A stretch of DNA of 64,000 bases from NCBI GenBank assembly GCA_977862235.1, contig OZ374565.1, positions 1,550,001-1,614,000 on the forward strand. Direction: 5' to 3'. This document shows, one piece after another, positions 60,770-64,000 of this stretch (positions are counted from its first letter, which is position 1; each line of letters begins with the position of its first letter). The position numbers were made by a program, and so were the translations under genes. The stretch is from Dudresnaya verticillata (lineage: Eukaryota). The notes below the pieces were generated by a model. The model saw only the letters and a list, made by a program, of their open reading frames with translations, did no database searches and was not told the origin of the DNA.

Positions 60770-63299
60770 TAATTACTTGTAAATAGAACTCCACTTGACA
60801 AACCGATGACAACTAAGATAAGAGGATAGAAGCACTTCTAGGCGCTCTCGTCAAGGTATAGGAAGGAAGAGGAAAAGGATGAACTTGTGAGTGTCAAATC
60901 CTTAGGGAGGGAGGGCGGGAAAAGGATGAACTTGCGGAGCTCTCTGCGAAGAGGTTCCGGCTCCCTTAAGTACAGCCTAGATGTCCCCGAGAGTAGCGTA
61001 CAAGGCATTGCGGAGTATCGCCCGGGAGTCGTATTGGGAGTCACTGTTGTTGACACCATTTTCGGCACTGTACCCAAATTAGCGTCCTGCATTTGCGAAC
61101 CATCTTGAGTCGGCGTCAATCCTGGTGACAACTATTCGGTGGACCATATACAGTACCCTAGATACCCCTTCGGGACGCTCAGCGAAGTTCGCTGTTCTTG
61201 GTCAGTCTTTTCATACCTGTAAAGCGGCATCTTTGACACAACATGAAAAACCGATTTCGGCGACGATGTAGAGCGACAGGGGCTAGAACATGGCAAGCTA
61301 CACGTCGTAGTCTATTGCAGGGACGGGAGTGATGTGTTTGGTAAGAGCGACCAGAAGTAGCGCTCCATTTCCGAGTCTTTGACGGAGTCGACCGTCGAAG
61401 TAAACATTGATGACCATTCTGGATGTGCGCCAACCCCCACGTTGAACAATCACCGGGAGCGGAACACCTAGTAGGACTAAAGCCGTCGCAGCATCGCTTC
61501 GCAAACTGTGTGAGGCATAAAACCCAAAGGCCGGAGGCACCACTGATAAACTCTCTAGGATGTTTTGCAAAGCTCGGGTCACACATTGTGGGGACATTGT
61601 CATGCCATCCAGTGACCAATACAAACTCGATGGAGAGGAGAATGTCTGGTGCTTACAGAAAGAATCCTGCAGTGCCAACGCGTTATCTTCTCCTGATCCG
61701 GCACAAACCAGTGCGTGAGCCTCAATGCCGCGGACCGGGCGGCCTTTGAAGGAGCGTGGGCGTGCGGATATCGAAATGTAGGCTGTAGTTCCCGAGGTAT
61801 AATGCGTAACCGATACATCCTGCTTTTCAATAGACCGTGCAGACGATTCACGCCACATCATGAGGTACTGAATCTCGATAAGAGCCGAATCGCGGTGCAG
61901 AACAGAACCCGCCTTCTGTGTCAAGCCGAAGCATCTAATACGCTATATGGTAGACCCGGGGAGGGCCACACGAACATCTTGTAGTGATCCTCGTCAGTCG
62001 TCCTCCCGTTTAAAAGCCCGAACGCGGTCGCTCAGTGCTGGTTCCTGGCAAGGATCTGGAAAGCCGTCGCGTTGATGCCTTGTCCGTATAGCCGAGACGT
62101 AATGGTCGATGGATCGGGAATGCACTCTCCCTTCTTCGAAAAGGAATCCGACATACGCCAGGACAGACCCTTTGCCCGCGGGCAGTGCCATGAGGTCTTC
62201 CTGCGCACAGAACGTGGCGAACTTCTTACACCGGCTTGACTTCGAAGCCCCTGTCGTGGAAGCGAGTGCAGAAGAAGCTAGTCTTCGGCTTGCGCGCCCA
62301 GCCGAAGTTCTAGGGAGCTGAGTCTCGATGGCAGCTTGGACCGCCGCTTGTGCCGGGGTCCCACTTCGGCCAGCTCGAGTGCCCAAGCCGGATTCACGGA
62401 TACGGAGTCGAAGAGAGCGCCCTCTGTCGATGGGACCACACGTGACGATAGGCAAACGCGACGCAACAAATTGTACCAGCTGGCTCCCGTCCAGTGCGGA
62501 ACCACCACCACGCCGTGAGCTCGCTCTTTCTCGATCTTGAGGAGTGTCGTTGCTATCCACTGGGGGGAGAATTCCAGAGTCTGCTCTGGCCGTCTCCCCA
62601 GAACTCTCTCAGTTGCGCCTTAATTACCTTGGCTCGAGCCGCCGGGGCGTCCCCCAGAGGCCAATAACGCCGCACCCGCTGAAGCTGCAAGGAGTCCTGC
62701 AACAATTGCCTCAGTGAAGGAGTCGCTTTCAGGTCCTTCGGATTCCAGGTACGGCTGAGGCGATCCGCATGCTTGTTGACCGCGGAAGGAAGCCATACGG
62801 CGCGTAGGGTGACTTTCATCTCCACTAAGACTTGGTGAAGGGCGCGTCGCTCGTCCATCAGCTCCGGGGTACTGGATACCATGTTGTTGATAATGTAAAA
62901 TACGCTCATGTTGTCCACATGTAGAATCAGCCTCTCGTGGGTACCAGAGACTCGAGCATGGACTAGATCGGACTGCAATGAGAGTCGGACGGCTAAAACC
63001 TCGCGGTGAGTAATGGATTTGAGACGCAAGAACGGAGACCATATACCTTGAACTTCCACGTCTCCGGGAGAGCCAGCAGCCATATTCCGCCCCAGCGTTC
63101 CTCCAAAACCGACATCTGCAGCGTCCGTGTGCAGGTTCCAATGTGGGTTGCCGCCACCTATCAATCTGCCATCCCCCTGTAGCATATGTCGCCAAGCCTT
63201 GAGATCTCGAAGGCCCGCATTTGAAAGGCGCACACATAGTGTGGAGCCGGATCCCCAGACGCCTTTGGATGGGTGTCTCAATAATCCCAGTCGGTTGAA
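60770..63299 (-). mobile_element. DIRS-like tyrosine-recombinase retrotransposon remnant (RT tail, RNase H, MT-like domain, YR)
   Basis: 'LGLLRHPSKGVWG' RT tail; RNase H 'HTDAA..G.GG','ITHREVLAV','VDN','NKHADRLSR'; 'VVVPHWTGASWY'; YR N-domain 61994..62400 and 'SHSLRSDAAT...RGGW...VY'. Left boundary approximate. Confidence 0.88.
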
Positions 63300-64000
63300 C
63301 AGGACGTAACACTAATTTCGCCGGCTACAGAATTTCCAAAACAGAACAGAATTTTTTGAGGGTCCTTGAATCCCGGCGTTTGAGAGCGCGTTGGAAGGGG
63401 GGCGCTACCCTGAGAATAGTGGTGCAAACAGATTGGAGCAAACGCAAATAGTTTCGGAGTTATGCGCTCCGGCATATGGCCCCCCCCGGGGTCGAAAGTT
63501 CCCGAAAGTTGTGATTTTTCCGAAAAGTTCCAATAAAAAATTCTCCAGAAATTGATTCTGGCCCGTCCCGCCGCCCGCGCCCCCGCCCCCCGACCGCACA
63601 CCGCATTCTGGCGACTTCCCGCCGCATTCTGACGCGCTCGGACTTGGCTTCCCACCGCATTCCGACGCGCGCTCGGCCACCTCCCCACGTACGACAGCCA
63701 CTCCCACCATCACCCTTCCTGGTGCTGCTACTGGCCCACGCATTCCGCATTCTGGCGCGTGCGCACGCGCTCTGCTTCTGCGTTGCGCGTAATGAGGCGC
63801 GCTTCCCCACCCCCTCCCAGACCCGTAGTGCCGCTCCCCGCCCCAGTCCGGCCTGTGACCGCACTCTGTCTCACGCTCCCTGCCGTTCACCGACACCTCG
63901 CCGTCACCCTTCCCCGTTCACCGCGCCCGGCCGCATTCTCACACGTCCACATCACGTTGCCGCATTCTGACCCACGGTCAGCCCCGCCCAGCAGTCCCCC
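63300..64000. mobile_element. Probable terminus of a DNA transposon with subterminal CCGCATTC(T/C)G repeats
   Basis: Abruptly cuts the DIRS RT at ~63299; begins CAGG; about 6 copies of CCGCATTC in a non-coding GC-rich tract. Confidence 0.4.

Noticed and set aside
1..64000. tRNA or rRNA genes
   Set aside because: None recognised; tRNA-like matches are only primer binding sites

Overview
Eukaryotic, TE-dense window. A florideophyte red alga is my inference from the element types and the intronless host genes; it is not proven. 1-15.4 kb is a decayed cluster: a Sola-like (DUF7869-type) DDE transposase pseudogene, a ~1,500-codon acidic low-complexity pseudogene, small coiled-coil and CxxC-repeat ORFs, and a ~1,000-codon ParB-like + beta-class (DPPY) DNA amino-methyltransferase pseudogene. 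The C-terminal domain of the methyltransferase aligns with the N-terminal domain of the transposase. 15.4-54.4 kb is a nest of LTR retrotransposons: a truncated copia (E), two copies of chromodomain gypsy family A (A1 minus and truncated; A2 plus, with both LTRs but mismatched TSDs), gypsy B (plus, carrying a long antisense extra ORF), gypsy C (minus, deleted) and a young copia D inserted in the leader of C. Family A carries about 22 exact copies of the palindrome CCGTWACGG, many inside coding sequence. 55.8-60.6 kb holds an RFTS-bromodomain-CFP1-like zinc finger gene (frameshifted) and an intact GT61 glycosyltransferase. 60.8-64 kb holds a truncated DIRS-like tyrosine-recombinase retroelement and the probable end of a DNA transposon. 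All family assignments come from motif recognition by eye; no searches were run.
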